A stretch of 64,000 bases of DNA from Ptychomitrium polyphyllum (taxonomy: Eukaryota), in NCBI GenBank assembly GCA_973851085.1, contig OZ316776.1:14756001-14820000 (forward strand), read 5' to 3'. Both the position numbers and the translations under genes were made by a program. This document shows, one piece after another, positions 36,080 to 49,871 of this stretch (position 1 is its first letter; every line of letters starts with the position of its first letter). Under the pieces are notes generated by a model. It was not told where the DNA came from. It worked only from the letters and a program-made list of their open reading frames with translations, and ran no database searches.

Positions 36080-37568
36080 AGCTTCTCTGTATCTCAAGCT
36101 GCCTCCTACAAGATCCAAAAAACAAATTCAGTACATAAACTCCACGATCGTCATACACATTCGAATTATTGAGACATCCTCACACAGAAATCTATGAAAC
36201 ACACTGCCCACCGCAATTAGCAGCCTTTCTCTATCACACTTCTGAAGCTTTCTCGCCCTCCAACTAAAACAATATCCCCCTACACTGTAAATTGTTCATA
36301 TTCGATCTCCCTCGGTACCACTCCATCTTCGCCTCAAAGAACGATGAGATGATCACTACCAGAGGAAAAGAATAAAACGCCACCTGCGCCTAGAAAAGAA
36401 AAAGAATCCTAAACACCTATGACAAGCGAGCAATTCATAGTATCAGCAGGTCACGCATCCCTAGCACGGATGCACAAGCCCGCAAACGAAAAGAACGGAG
36501 GCATGGCGTTCGCACTCACCAGGGAAACAGCACGGTGAAAGATGCAGAGGGCTGGGAAGCAAGTCGTGGGAGCCGCGGTGACCTTCCTCGCGAGCAACTA
36601 CAAGGGAGTCGGAGAGTGGGAAAATGAGTTCATCGCTCACTCCTGTGTGCACCAAACCCTAGAAATCCAGGCTCTGCGGAAACTGAGAGGCTATCTTGGG
36701 ATGACTTTCATCTTTCTAGAGGATAGAGTCGTTCATTCATCTACTGCAGATGGAACGAGAGTCCCACCACTAGAAAAGTACCAGGGATCGAGACCTCGAG
36801 GAATATCAATCTGGCTACGATTAAGTGGCCAAGAGGACAGTTGCACAGGGGATATGGTGGTGGGTAAAACGAATCTACTACAACTTTGAGGGTAGGGTAC
36901 TGCTCAAATGTTCATTAACTAGGTGTTGTGAAATTCAACACCCTTATTCGCACAACTCTGGTTGCGAGCTCTCTATTTTGATGAATTTTGTGTAATTTTG
37001 TTTTAGTAGCTCACCATACAGAGGTGATTATCTGTGAAAGAAATTTTAAAATATTTGACAAAATAATTACTTTTTCTTCCTACAAATGTCTACAATTCAA
37101 TTTGAACAAGCGGGACTTTTTTTGGAATGAGTTTGAAGATGAAATTTGAAAATGGAATTAATGGGCGAGGAGATTCAGTAGTTAACCTAAAATCAACTAA
37201 GCAAAATTGCGAAATTGTTAGTTGAGGTTTTAAGTTTTGAGTGACGTTTTCAAGCAGGGCTTTCTTACCACAACCAAATCAAAAAGAAACAAAGAAGGAA
37301 ACAACCAAACGTACTTCTATGTTTCGATGACGTTCATTAAACCAGCATAAGTCAACTTCTTTTGGTAGGAAACCTAATCAGTCCCAAGGTTAGATGCTGC
37401 ATTACAGGAGTCAATAATTCTTATTCTAAAGTACCTCCAGCACTTCCTGATGATGCACCGTGCCAACAGACCTCATATTGCACAAGAGGTTCAAAATTAA
37501 TGTCATGAGCGTTCTTCCACCAGAAAACACAACTTCACTGGCTCGTCCCTTAGTAAGAGTCCGAATGT

Positions 37569-39156
37569 CTATGTCTTGACAGATTCAATAAGATCCAAGC
37601 CTTGCAGACTCAAAGAAGAAGCTTGAGAAAATCCAGCAGCCTCCAGCAGTCGAGTCCACTCTGAGCTTGTTGTCTCTCGCCCTTGCCCTTGAAAGAGCGC
37701 CAACATGAGCACGTCTGAATTTAATGCTGCACCCGTCTTAGCAGCTGAGCTTCTCGAAGGATCTATCACATGCTCTAGGATGAGTAACTTGCCATTCTTT
37801 GGAATTGCTTTTGTGACAATTCTTGAAGATTTTGATGCAATCCTCGTCCCGCCAGTCGTGCAGCTCTTGCTGGCAAGCGCAATTTTACATTAAATCAGAA
37901 TAGCTGGATATTAATCTAGGATATGTTTGCGCAGAAGTGAAAAGCATAGGATATTCTCCAAGTGGTCAAGAAGCTGAAATTTAGAATTTCAGAGTTGCTT
38001 ACCTGGAGGAGAATGGCGTCTCCTGAAGGAACAAATTCTATGAGACTTCCGGAGACGTGCTCAACACCTACACGTCGGCTTCAATTAGTTTTCTTGAATG
38101 CGTCGGTTCGGGGATCATCATCACCAGGTTACACACAAACCTAGGGCAAATCTAAGCAACATAGCAACATCATTCATGCAAAGATTCTAAACCAGCACTC
38201 GCTTATGTTGAATGTGTATACCTCCCTGTTTTGAAGTACCAAACTTCATGACGTTCATAAACTCACTTTCTGGAACTGAAACAATCTCCTAAACCAAAAC
38301 AGAAGTTCAACAATTGAGCAGAAGAAATCCTACAAACATAGTCCAAAATGGTGAAGAGAGTTGTAACCAGTTAGTGCTGACTTAAAAACACATTCACTTG
38401 TGTAAATTGCTGCAAAACTTAGTTTCTAATTAGGTCACACATCCAAGATTTTGCAAAGGGAGGCACTCTCACCAGCAATCTTCGGCGCAGTAGAGACCAC
38501 ATGAGGCAAATCGAAGTTTCCCCACGAATGTCGGGATACGCAGCTACAATTTGCGCCAAAGCGCCACCCACGCCTCCTCCAACGTCGACCAAACACTTCA
38601 CGCCCCTAAAACCCTCGTGATACCGAGCAATAACCGAATTCAACAGCTTGGACCGACTCTTCATGCCCGCGTTAAAAACATCGTTGAAATCCGGATGCGC
38701 ACTTCCGTAGCTCCACATATCACTCCCGGTCGCGAGCTAAACCCGTTCGCATCATCCTCCACCGTCTCACGCAGATGCTCCATGGGCGCTTGCATCTCCC
38801 ACCGTTGCATCACAACGGCGTATGGCGTCAAGTCAAATTCAAACCCCGTCACAAAATACTTCGAAACGTCCGTCAAGCTGTACCTAGCTCCAACTCCATC
38901 CTCTGTTTCTGCAAAGACGCCCTTGTGCGCGAGAAGAGGGAGAATTCGCCCTACCTTTTGAGCCGCATCGTGAGACTTCGGAGGGAGAGCTTCCGCAACC
39001 TGCTGTGAAGTAAAGTGCTGCGACTGGACCAGCTGCAGCGAGAATGTCGGCGATCCGAAGCTCCAGAGCGGCCTTCAGTGCGAGTGGAACAGAGTGGATG
39101 TAGTTGAGCTCCTGCAGGACGTAGAAAGCCTCCACTGCGCTCTCTCGCACCTCCAT
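37569..39156 (-). pseudogene. COMT-like (class II) O-methyltransferase pseudogene, 3 exons, four 1-nt frameshifts
   Basis: LKAALELRIADIL dimerisation domain, LVDVGGGVG, NFDLPHVV, LHDW, GRE motifs; frameshifts near 39012, 38738, 38520 and 37810; introns retained. Confidence 0.88.
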
Positions 39157-40795
39157 TGTGTCTCCACAAGGCTTCCTTCCTGCTCTCCTCCACTGCAATT
39201 AATCGATCGAGAACACAAAGACAATCGCGAGCAGAACTAGTCGAGCGTCAAGCTTCACAGGCAGCCTCGACAGTCTAACCACGCCGTGCTGCTTCTTTGC
39301 TCATAATTTCCTAGACATTTGCATGAGTGCGTCCTGTGTATCGCACGAGTATCACATAGATATCAATCGAAAAGCGGATAGTTGTGAACGCCCTGGACGA
39401 AAAGCAACCCAGGTTGCCGTAAATATCATTTGTATTAGCTGCAGTTAGTGTCATTACGTCGGAGTAGTGCATTTTCAGAGTTGCACGTGGAGTTACGACG
39501 GGTAATTCAACCTAAAATGTAAATAAAAAATTCAACAGGTTTTTGGTTTTTACACGTATTTGGTGTTTTTTACACGTCCTTGTCCACCATGTGAGAATTG
39601 TTGTTGGAGTTCATAACAAGACAAACTGTAGGACCTAGATGGAGAAAGAATGGAGAAGACTGGAAGCAGGTGCACAAGACTGACGTAGAAGTCCAAGTTT
39701 TGAGAAACGAGTAGAAAATGTCACGGATCCCAACGGTAAATCATCTTCCACAAGAATTTTGTTCTTAAAACTCATCCTTGATTGCTGGAGGTAGCATGCA
39801 GTGTCATCCTGTGGGGACAACTTCGCTGCTGAGCTCAACTTCAATCTGAGCGCAGTTTAGGTGAATGCAGCCAGGCTCGAGTTATAAAGGACATGGTCTT
39901 GGTGTCCAAAGAAGAGTATTCGTCAGGATAATAATGATTCCCCAGAAGAGCTGGATGGTGAGTTCACCGAGGTGAGTAGCATATCTGCGCATGTGGGTCG
40001 CATGTGCTTCACATCTTGTTACAATTGTCAAGTTGCGCATTGGTCTTCGCCAAACCTGTAACACGAAACGAAAATAATTAACCAAGAGGGACCAAGAGGC
40101 CACGAGAACAGGATCAAGTTACCTATCAGGACAACCAGAAGCTAGCGTCAATCGAGGTTGCACCGGAAATTGAGACATGCGCTTCACGTTTGCTGCAGAA
40201 TCGTATTTTGCGGCGTCATTATGGCACCGATGCGTCAATCGATGTAATACTTCAATTGGTACACGTAAATCTCCTTTTACCTGCCTGTGCATGGACGACG
40301 AGTTTCTCCTGACTCTGTTCTCAAGCCTCTGGTTGCTCCGAGCTGATATAAGCTTCGGAAACGAGCGAGCGATCACATTCATGATCGACCTTTCGAATAC
40401 GCATCTCAAATGTGGAGTATTCTCTTCTGATCGAGCTCTTCCACAAGCTAGACCGCAAGCTGGAGGCATTTGATTAAGGTAAAGATCGTTGTTTGGACTA
40501 AGCTTTGAACATCGGTGCGCTTTGCGTGGTTATAGAACATAGGTCGCCATAGCTGGTGGAAGAGATGACTTTCTGGTGGTTTGATCGTAGTGGGTCTATG
40601 CGAGCTTGCACAGTCCTGAAGTGTTTAGTGATTGTCGCAGTATTAGGGAGAATTGAAACTCGGTTAGCTTTTGATGACTTGTGGCAAGGGTGGATTCATT
40701 CTTCTTGTGAAACCGACGCTTCAAAGGAGATGGATCGACTCTGTTGTTGCCGATTGCGCAGGTCCAGCAACGCGTTGGAGAGGCCAGTTGAGAAG

Positions 40796-42071
40796 ATGGA
40801 GGTCGTCAAGGCTTCAGTGCAGGGGCAAACAGAGTTCACGCTGGAGCTGCACAAGGCGGTGGTGAAGGGCAAAGAAAGCGAGAATGCGGTCCTGTCGCCC
40901 TTGAGTATCAGCCTGGCGTTGGCGATGGTGGCGGCGGGCGCGAAGGGGCCAACGCTGGCGCAGATCGCAAAGTGCATCAAGCTCACTGAAGGTGAGTCGA
41001 TGCACCAATTCTCCTCGCAGCTAAAAACAACCGTGCTGGCTGACGGGAGCGCCGCTGGAGGACCGCAACTCACCCTTGCCAATTGTGCCTGGGTCGACAA
41101 ATCCGTGAAACTGAAACCGCAATTCCAGAAGGTTCTCAAGGATAGCTACGGTTCTGAGGCCGCATCGGTGGACTTCATTTCGAAGGTATACTACCAAACA
41201 CATCTTGTTGCACATAGTTGCTGTTCAATAGCAGTTTCCTGTGTTTGCTTATTGAACTTATCATGGTTTGAATTCACAGGCTCAAGAAGCTTTGGGGAAA
41301 GTGAACGCATGGGCGAAAGAAGAGACACACGGGAAGATTGAAAACCTGCTTCCTCCCGGTTCTGTGGACCAAGACACGCGCCTGGTGTTAGCGAATGCGC
41401 TTTATTTCAAGGGAGTGTGGCAAAAGACATTTGATTCTTATCTCACACGAGAAGGGGACTTCTTTCTGCTGGACGGGAAAAGCATTAAAGTACCGATGAT
41501 GCATACATCTGAGAAGCAGTATGTGAAAGATTTCGCCACCTTCAAGGCTCTCCGGTTGCCATACACAGCTGGAGATGACAAGCGTTTGTTTTCAATGTTC
41601 ATTTTGTTGCCTCATGAGAAGAAGGGGCTATCTGCATTGGAGGGAGCTCTGAACTCGAACTCTTTAACAGAAGATCTCAAGCAAATCAATCACGCAGTTT
41701 CGGTGACTAAGTTTGAGCTGCCAAAATTTAAGGTATCGTGTGGGTTCGAGGTGCATAAGGCATTGCAGACTCTTGGCTTGTCGTTACCGTTTGGAGTCAA
41801 GGCAGATCTTTCAGAAATGGAGGAGTCACCCTTGGTTGGCAAGTCGCTCTACATCTCCAACGTGTACCATAAGACCTTTGTTAAGGTAAACGAGGAAGGC
41901 ACAGAGGCGGCCGCATCTACAGCTGTGACCATCCAAATGAAAAGCCTCGTTCTCCCGGAGAACCCTACGGAGTTTGTGTGCGACCATCCTTTCATGTTCG
42001 TTATCAAGGAAGAAGTGACCAATGTGATTATCTTCACTGGCCGGATCACCGACCCTTCGGTTGAGAAGTAA
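40796..42071 (+). CDS. Serpin (plant serpin Z-type), exons 40796-41185 and 41280-42071
   Basis: SPLSI, NALYFKGVW, VPMM, VNEEGTEAAA hinge, FVCDHPFMF; single intron; probable 5'-UTR intron ending 40761. Confidence 0.95.
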
Positions 42072-42561
42072 TTATTATAGAGTTCATACTGAATGTACCA
42101 TATCCCAGCAGCTTCACTGACTTATCCATCAGCACTAAGAAATTAAGTCTTTGACGAAGTGGTGTTAGCACATTTGTGCTGTAAACTGGACTACGTTTTG
42201 GACATCGTCCACCAGAGTACTGAAAAGGTGTAGAATATAGTCTCATAAGAAAGTGCCTATTTGAAGGAAATGGTAAACGTCTCTTGACTATTACTAATAG
42301 TTTGCGTATTGATATTTCTTGGAATATATGGCTTTCACTTGAGCAGAAACTTGCGAGATATCTATCAGAACACCATCTTCAATAAATCAAGTATAAGATT
42401 ACAACTGAGTCTAGCACGCTGCTCAAACTTCGGCATAAATGCAGGCTTGTCACGATCAGAATAGGGCCAGAACATATCTGGCACACTTTCCTCAACGTAT
42501 AATCCTAGGTGAGCGCAAGATGATCAATAAAAATGAACTTTCTATCGGTGCCTGTGACAAA

Positions 42562-45500
42562 CTATCGACTAAACAAAGAAGTGAAAGAGAGATTCCAGGT
42601 TGAGGAAGGATCTTCAAGGCACCGGCAGAATGCCTCCTCGTCCATGGGCAGGGCAGCAGGAAGTGGCCGGTCGGGTGTGATACCCACCTGCATTCACAAA
42701 GAAAATCATTATCATGCAAAGCAGCAAGTATTCCTGCAAAGATGACACCTGCCCAGCTAGGCAAGAACCACATAAGTAGCAAAAAATCAACACACCTAGC
42801 AGATTCCAGAATGGTGAAAAATCTTCATGTCATCTTCAACAGCTAAGAAATTGGTGTACAATACATAGGAAGATTAAAAAAGGTAGTAAATAAGGAGTGG
42901 AGTGCTGGAACACCTTGTCGATATTGATATGAGCTGGAGTTTCATAGCGAGCAATAGTGACCGCCATGCCTGAACCATCGGACAACTGAAACACGGACTG
43001 TATTCTCCTGCTCAATCAGGGTTCATAAATTAAGCAAAGACTCGAAGCATATTATGCAAACGTACGAGATTTAGCATGATTGAAACTATGGCAGTGCAAG
43101 ATCTAAAAACACAAAACAGCCAGGTTTCGTAGTCTCTAGCTGAAGAAATTAAATGACAGTCAATTCTTACCCTTTGCCAAATGTGGGATCTCCTAGAATA
43201 ACAGCACGCTTATTATCCTTGAGAGCACCTGCTAAAATTTCACTGGCACTTGCAGTGCCCTTGTTCACCTGTCATATCCATGAATAGCTTCAATACAAGA
43301 ATGCTATATAGTATGACAACGATCTGCTTCTGACAGATCTTGCTTTCAACATACTGCAAAGCCATACACCGCATAAAATAGTCATAGTGTTTAAACATGG
43401 AGACTTCCATTGTTAAAGGTGACTTAAGTAGTAAGAGATTTCTGAACCAGCTCACCAATACAGCAAGAGGTTCTTTAGTAGAAATAGCTGAGTCTCCGTC
43501 AGTGTCATAGATATCTCGAACACCCATGCTGTCCGCAATGTACACAATAACGCCTTTGTCCAGCCTGGTAACATTCCGAAGACAATTTCAGTATCATCCT
43601 GCTACAATGTTGTTGAAGATACTTGGTAGGAGAAAATCAAGAGAAACCATTATTAAGTGCAAAAATAGCTATAGCTCATTGTGATGAGTCAGTACAGCAA
43701 TAGCATTGCAAGACTTCCCACACCACTCCAATCATGAAAGGTAACAAAGATAATAGCCTGAACGCAAACAGCAAGTAAGCTTTTGTAACTTACCACATCT
43801 TTGCGATTTCAACTCCAGAAGGAAAGAGACCACCGCTGCAACAGAACATGACTTTGATGTCAAACATTTCTATGACGACGGATTGTTCTTTGCTTACAAG
43901 TGACTTATTATCTCTTGCAATAACTGTAATTTCGTGGTTACATCTGTCAAACAGGCAATGTCGAAAGCTGAGAGATGCAATTAGTCAAACTTTATTAAAA
44001 CTTTCAGTGGAAATTTTCCTACAAGCCCATTCTGATCATGCCTAAGGTGTAACACTGAAATGTTTGAAATAAAAACCTGTTATTCCGGATGTCAAGTATG
44101 AATGCTGCTGCACCACTATCTTGCAAGGCTTCAATAGCGTTCTTTACAGCATCTGTTTTTTAAAAACGTCGTTTCATTAGAATAAAATGTTGCTGCACTG
44201 TAAGAGAAAATATATTCATCTCATTATGGCAGAATCGCGTACTTAATCACCATTCACAAGTAAGAAGGAACCTTCATGGACGTACTGGAGGAATTCTGAT
44301 TGAAGGTGGAAAGCCGAATGTAACCTAGCTTAAGTGGGGCTGATCCATCATTTTGTGGAACCTCACACAATCGCCATGTGACTGGATTCAGCGTGATTTT
44401 CTCTCTCCTGGCAAAACAGTGTAGAGCATACAGAGTTGAAGAGTTAAAAAATCATTGTACAAATAAAAACCTTTAAAATCTCATTAAAAGACATTATTTG
44501 AGAACAGAATCGTTTATGCTGAAAAAGATGAAGAAGCTTACAAGACTTTGATCGTCTTCGGTGCGACAGATTCTTTCTTAAGTAACGTCAGTTGAACTTC
44601 AGATTGCACTGGACCCCTGTTGCAAAGACCCAAAAGCTGAATATCAAAATTCCATCTTCAAGAAAAATAAGAGAGAGTAAAGACCACAGTCAACCAAATT
44701 TTCTTTACTAAAACTCCATTATACTCGGTCAACATTGAGTTGCAATAGAGCTGTTGGAGTCCAAAAGAGGCAAATGCATACAACATAACCTCCGAAGGCA
44801 AATTTGCATCCGGCACGTGGACATTCTCTACGACTTCTGCAGAGACCCTATTGACCTTTTCTTTCTAAAAACTTAACTCCCTCTTCAGTGAAGAATCGGA
44901 GTGAATAGGGGCTACAAATAGATATTTAAAGGCAAAAAAAATAACTCTCGACAACCTGAGTTGATAAAAGTCAACACCACATTCTCCATGAGTCCTGAAA
45001 GTCTCTGAGACAAACTTTGCATTTTATATATCCTTGAGCGTTGGATAAGAAGCTTTAAAATGGAACTTACTGCAGACGCCTTGCTGCGTCATAGAGACCC
45101 ATGCCATGTGTTGGGACACCATCGATGGCCACGATCAAATCTCCTGGAACTACTCCTGCACGCGCAGCCGGGCCCCCTGAAACAGGAGACACTACCACCA
45201 AGTCTTCATTTGAGGTACTCGAGTCACTTGTGTTGAACCCAACTTCCAATCCAACCCCTGTCACTGCACCATTTGTACCTGACTGCGTCACCAGGGTATT
45301 AATAAGCCACTTACGTTCGCCAACTTTTAGAAAGAGGAAAGAAAACATACGCATTGAGAAAGCTGCTGTGAAGTAGATGGGGGCCTAATTCGAACAAGAA
45401 CCTCGGTAGGACTAGAAGAAATCCTCACTCACCTGCAAGCTTTTGAATTTCTCGGGCTCCAGAAATCGAGTGAAAGGGTCGTCCAGAGTGGCCAGCATCT

Positions 45501-46679
45501 TTCGAATGGCTGCGTCTGAGCAACCACGGTATGCACAGAGCCAATCCTGATTAAAGCTGAGTCAGCTGACATCCCTGCTGCTTGAACATGAAGAATGAAA
45601 GAGGCAGCGCACAGCCACATAACCCATGATACTAAATCTGCTTTAAATCATAATCCACTTCAAGCATATATCAACTTAAATCAAGTTTCGGGCGAATTGA
45701 GGAAGAATAAAAGCCCGTACAAGTTTCCTCCCGCGTCTTCATCGGCTCTTTACGCAGCGCATCTTCGCGATACCTAAACCAGCTCTGCCCATTGAATGAC
45801 TTGTCCACATATGCACGATCCACAGTCCGCCATGCCTCAAGAAAAAGGAGATTCTCCTCCGTCAATGACACTGAAACGAAAGAATGAATGATATCGTTAC
45901 CAATAATACACTCGTCCACTGAAGCTCCACATAGAGATTCAAACCAACAAAGATAGCTCGGATCCATATGCCACTTCAAAAGAAGTACAATTACTGATCA
46001 CTCCGCTTGCTGCTAACCCTAAATTAAAATTCATATCCACAACATACATATTGCCATCGCTGTGAACATACATGAAGGCTGAAGCGCGAAGCTGGCTAGG
46101 GCTCCCGTTACGATCAAGGAACTGAGAATGAAAACGAGGCCGCGTCTCTTAACCGTGGCTTGCCAATGAGACTGAAATGCCTGCACATTGAATTCACCAC
46201 GATTCAACTCAGTAAATGCTTTTACACGTAAATTTCCCATTGTGTATTCTACATGCGTAAAGAACGAAAGAAAACCACTTGCGAATTCTCACCCATTGCT
46301 CTGCGAATTCCCCGGCATCGAAGCTGACAGGAGACGAAGGCAGACACCACAGCTGACCTCCCCACCTGAGTGCAGAGATTGTCTGCCTCCGAGCCCACCC
46401 ACAGAACAGCGCAGCTCTCCGCGACAGCTCATTCGGCCCGTCCAAACTCGCAGACATTACACAACCCCGCCTCGAGAAGATCGCCACACTTTCCACTCTT
46501 CCTCCCCACACAGTCCTTCTGAGCGATACTACCTGCTACCATCCAATTGACCCAATTGATGGTTGGTGCCAAAACTGGGAGTCGTAGCAGGGAAGTGAGG
46601 TGGAAGTGAAATGAGGACTCACCTGCAGTGTGGATGACGACATGTGAGGATTCGCCTGGACGGCGAGAGTGGACGCCAT
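42562..46679 (-). CDS. CTPA: Chloroplast D1 C-terminal processing protease (peptidase S41A), about 14 coding exons
   Basis: Spliced translation: transit peptide MASTLAVQ..., [43 protein letters not shown] domain, [27 protein letters not shown] (catalytic Ser), TFGKG (Lys); stop at 42562-42564. The 5' exons are less certain. Confidence 0.93.
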
Positions 46680-49600
46680 CCCCCGAGGACAGCGGAAGCC
46701 TTCCGCCATGGCCCCACCTTAGCGCCCTGCTGCAATTCTCAGCACCTCGACCTCTAAGAGAAGAGACTCTTATTGCGGGACGGTTGTTCAATCTGATTGC
46801 TTGTTTTGTGATAAGAGTGAGTCCAGTGCGTGAGTGAAAGCCGCGGAGGCTCGTGAAGACTACGGAGTTTTCAGGAGGCGGAGGAGATTGCAGGTGCTGA
46901 TGGGTGGCCTTCACGCTGCTCCGCGTTCTCGCCTCCACAGATGCCTCCCCAGCCTTCCGTCGTCGTCATCGTCGTCGTCGTCATCGTTCGCACTTTCCGT
47001 CGTCGTCCGTACTTTCCGTCATCGTCCCAGCTTTCGTTTGAGCCTTGTCCGAGCCTTCAGGCCTGATTACACCCACAACCGTGGCTTTCAGGGGAAATTG
47101 CGGTTTTGAGGGTCTACTGCCGCAAATCCTAGCTGAGGCCTGTTGTGGCTCCGTCGTTGAGTTCCTCCACTATTGCAGATGGTGATAATTTGCTTCGGTC
47201 GTTGGGATTGCAAGGTTAATAGTGAAGACCAAGCCATGAACTCATGGTCATTGTTGCAGTAAGATTATCACCAAACCAGTAAAGTAGCCATCACATCTTT
47301 GGTATGAAAGCAACACATTTATGGCTTAGGGATGAAGTTTCAAAAGAAGTTCCACGTGAAGTTTCAATTGATATGTGGGAACAAATTATTAGAGATGATT
47401 AGACTATAAGGTTTTTATACAAAAACTTGAAACTTCTACTAATTTTTTATAATTTATTTCATATAATAAAATTAACAAAGTAGCTTTTATCAAAGGATAC
47501 TTTTCCAATAATTAGTTTTTTTTTAAATTAGCTTTTCAATGGTCTAAAATTTACTTCATTATCTTCCACTTTTTCTTTTCTATTTCCATTTTGTATTGAT
47601 TCATTCATCTTTTTCTCAATCTTCTAGTATTTGAAGTTGTTATTTCTTCCTTTTGCTTTAATACTTCTTTCTCTTTCTCTTTCTCTTTCTCTTTCTTCTT
47701 CTTCTTTTACCATTCCTTCTTCTTCTTAACCTTCTTTTTCATCTCTTTCTCAATTGTATATTTTTTTTTGTGGATCTTATTTCAAAAACTTTTAAACACT
47801 TTGTGCATAAATTTCATTATAGTCTAAGACAATACAATGAATCTTTATGTCATCATTTTTAAAAAGTGTATATTTTTACTTGCAAATTTGTTTATTAAGC
47901 TATAAAAAAATTTCCTTAATAAATGTTGCTTAAGTTTTTCTAATATGGCTTTCTAACTAAAGCTTGAGTCCTATAAGTGTATTTGTTCTTGATAAATCAT
48001 TTTTTTCCAATCATCGCATCCATTGCATATCCATTTTTATGATGGATTAATTTCATTACAAACAATGTGATCACTAATCTAATGTTTAATGACATTATTT
48101 TAGATTATTTTTACTAGATCTTAAGACTTTGCATTTCTCTTAGAACATTCATGTAGATAGTTCTTTAATTTTATTGCTATTTTATGCTAATGTAATTCTA
48201 GAAACTTCCATCATGGTTTTGTTAATTTTTTTTTTTCTCCTTTAAATGCCTCAAATACAATATTAAAACTTCTTTGAATCACCCTTTTCAAAAGGTTTTT
48301 TTTGTCTTAGAGGACTTTGAGGAACTTTTTAAATTCCAACCAAGTTTGCAATTGTTGCACCATATACTTCCATCTTTTAGCTCATGAATTGCATTCACTA
48401 ATTAAATTGTGATTTTATTTTTTTTGTCTTTCTAGTCAAAATAATCTTTTCAAAAGGAGACAATAAGTTTTACATTTTTGTGCCACATATTGTTTTAATA
48501 AAGGAACAAGGTGAACTATCAGTAATCTGATATATACAAAGAAGAGTGCAAAGAAATAATTTATTTTGCAATTACTGTGGGTGACAAAAGGAGTAAGTGA
48601 GAAAGGTTTTGCAATTATTGGGGGTCAACATTGCATACACAGTCTGCACAACAAATTAGTTGTGTTGGAAATTGTATATTTAGTGTGGATTGTGGCAAAA
48701 GCAGGTGAGTAAGCAGGGTAGGGCAGCAGAAAGTTGGAACAAGGATCTTTATATACTTGGCCTCTACTTTGAGGAGGAGACTTCAAAGCAAATGAACATG
48801 TTTATTATTAATAAAATACAATTATTTCTATTGAATAATATCTATAATCATAAAAAGAGAACTCTAATTCATTTACAACATATTATTTAAACATTGTAGG
48901 AAAAATTATGAATGTATAAACTTAGAAATTTTATGGTTTTAATTTCTTTTATTCTATATGATGTATAAGATTGCTAATGAGTATTATATTGATGGATGAG
49001 ACCATTATTAGTGGAGTATTTTTTACTATATTAAGGAATTTAAGTTAGATGCAAACCGAAGTTTAGGTGTAAATTTGAATATAAAAGACCATGGTCTATT
49101 GCAAAGAGAGCATGGAAATGATGATGATATAATTATTAAATTTCCTTCCAAAAATTAATTCTAAAATTATATTAATATTCAAAATTTTAAAACATACAAG
49201 ATAGTTTTACATTTCAAAAAATTTAAGATTAGGTTTTGATCTTAGTTTTTAGATTTTACAACCTCCATGAGATTGTATAAGGACTATTTCCTTAAGTTTC
49301 TATAATCACAATTTACGTTTTTTATGTAGGATTTTAAATAGACTTTCACCTATAAAACTTTGCTTAAGCTAGAATTTGTATTTTATTTGGTATAAATCCA
49401 ACCAAAAGACATCAATGAGAATTATTTATTTGAAAGAGTTATAGTCTAATGAATTTAAGTGTTATTTATATTTAATCCTTTAAGATTTACAAATTTATTT
49501 GAAAGACTAAAATTTGTAGTGATTTTTTTTTACATTTGTTTTTTGCAAAGACAAGTATGTGATTTTATATCTGATTATAAGCAAATTTTTACAATTTTAA

Positions 49601-49833
49601 GTCATATTTCCACTTTAAATTTTGTCACGTTTGATCATATAAATGAGTAGCATATAACATATCTTTGAATTTAATGAACTGCAGCTATACAATATATAGA
49701 TTTTAATCAAACCATATTTTGTGCACTATAATGAAAAAAGCACATATATTAGGTCATGCAAATCAAAGTTAGCATCAATTACTTATATTATATACTAGAC
49801 CATGTCATAAGCATGAAAAATAAAATAAAATAA

Positions 49834-49836
<3 letters not shown>

Positions 49837-49869
<33 letters not shown>
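49837..49869. repeat. (TA)n microsatellite
   Basis: Direct reading. Confidence 0.95.
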
Positions 49870-49871
<2 letters not shown>

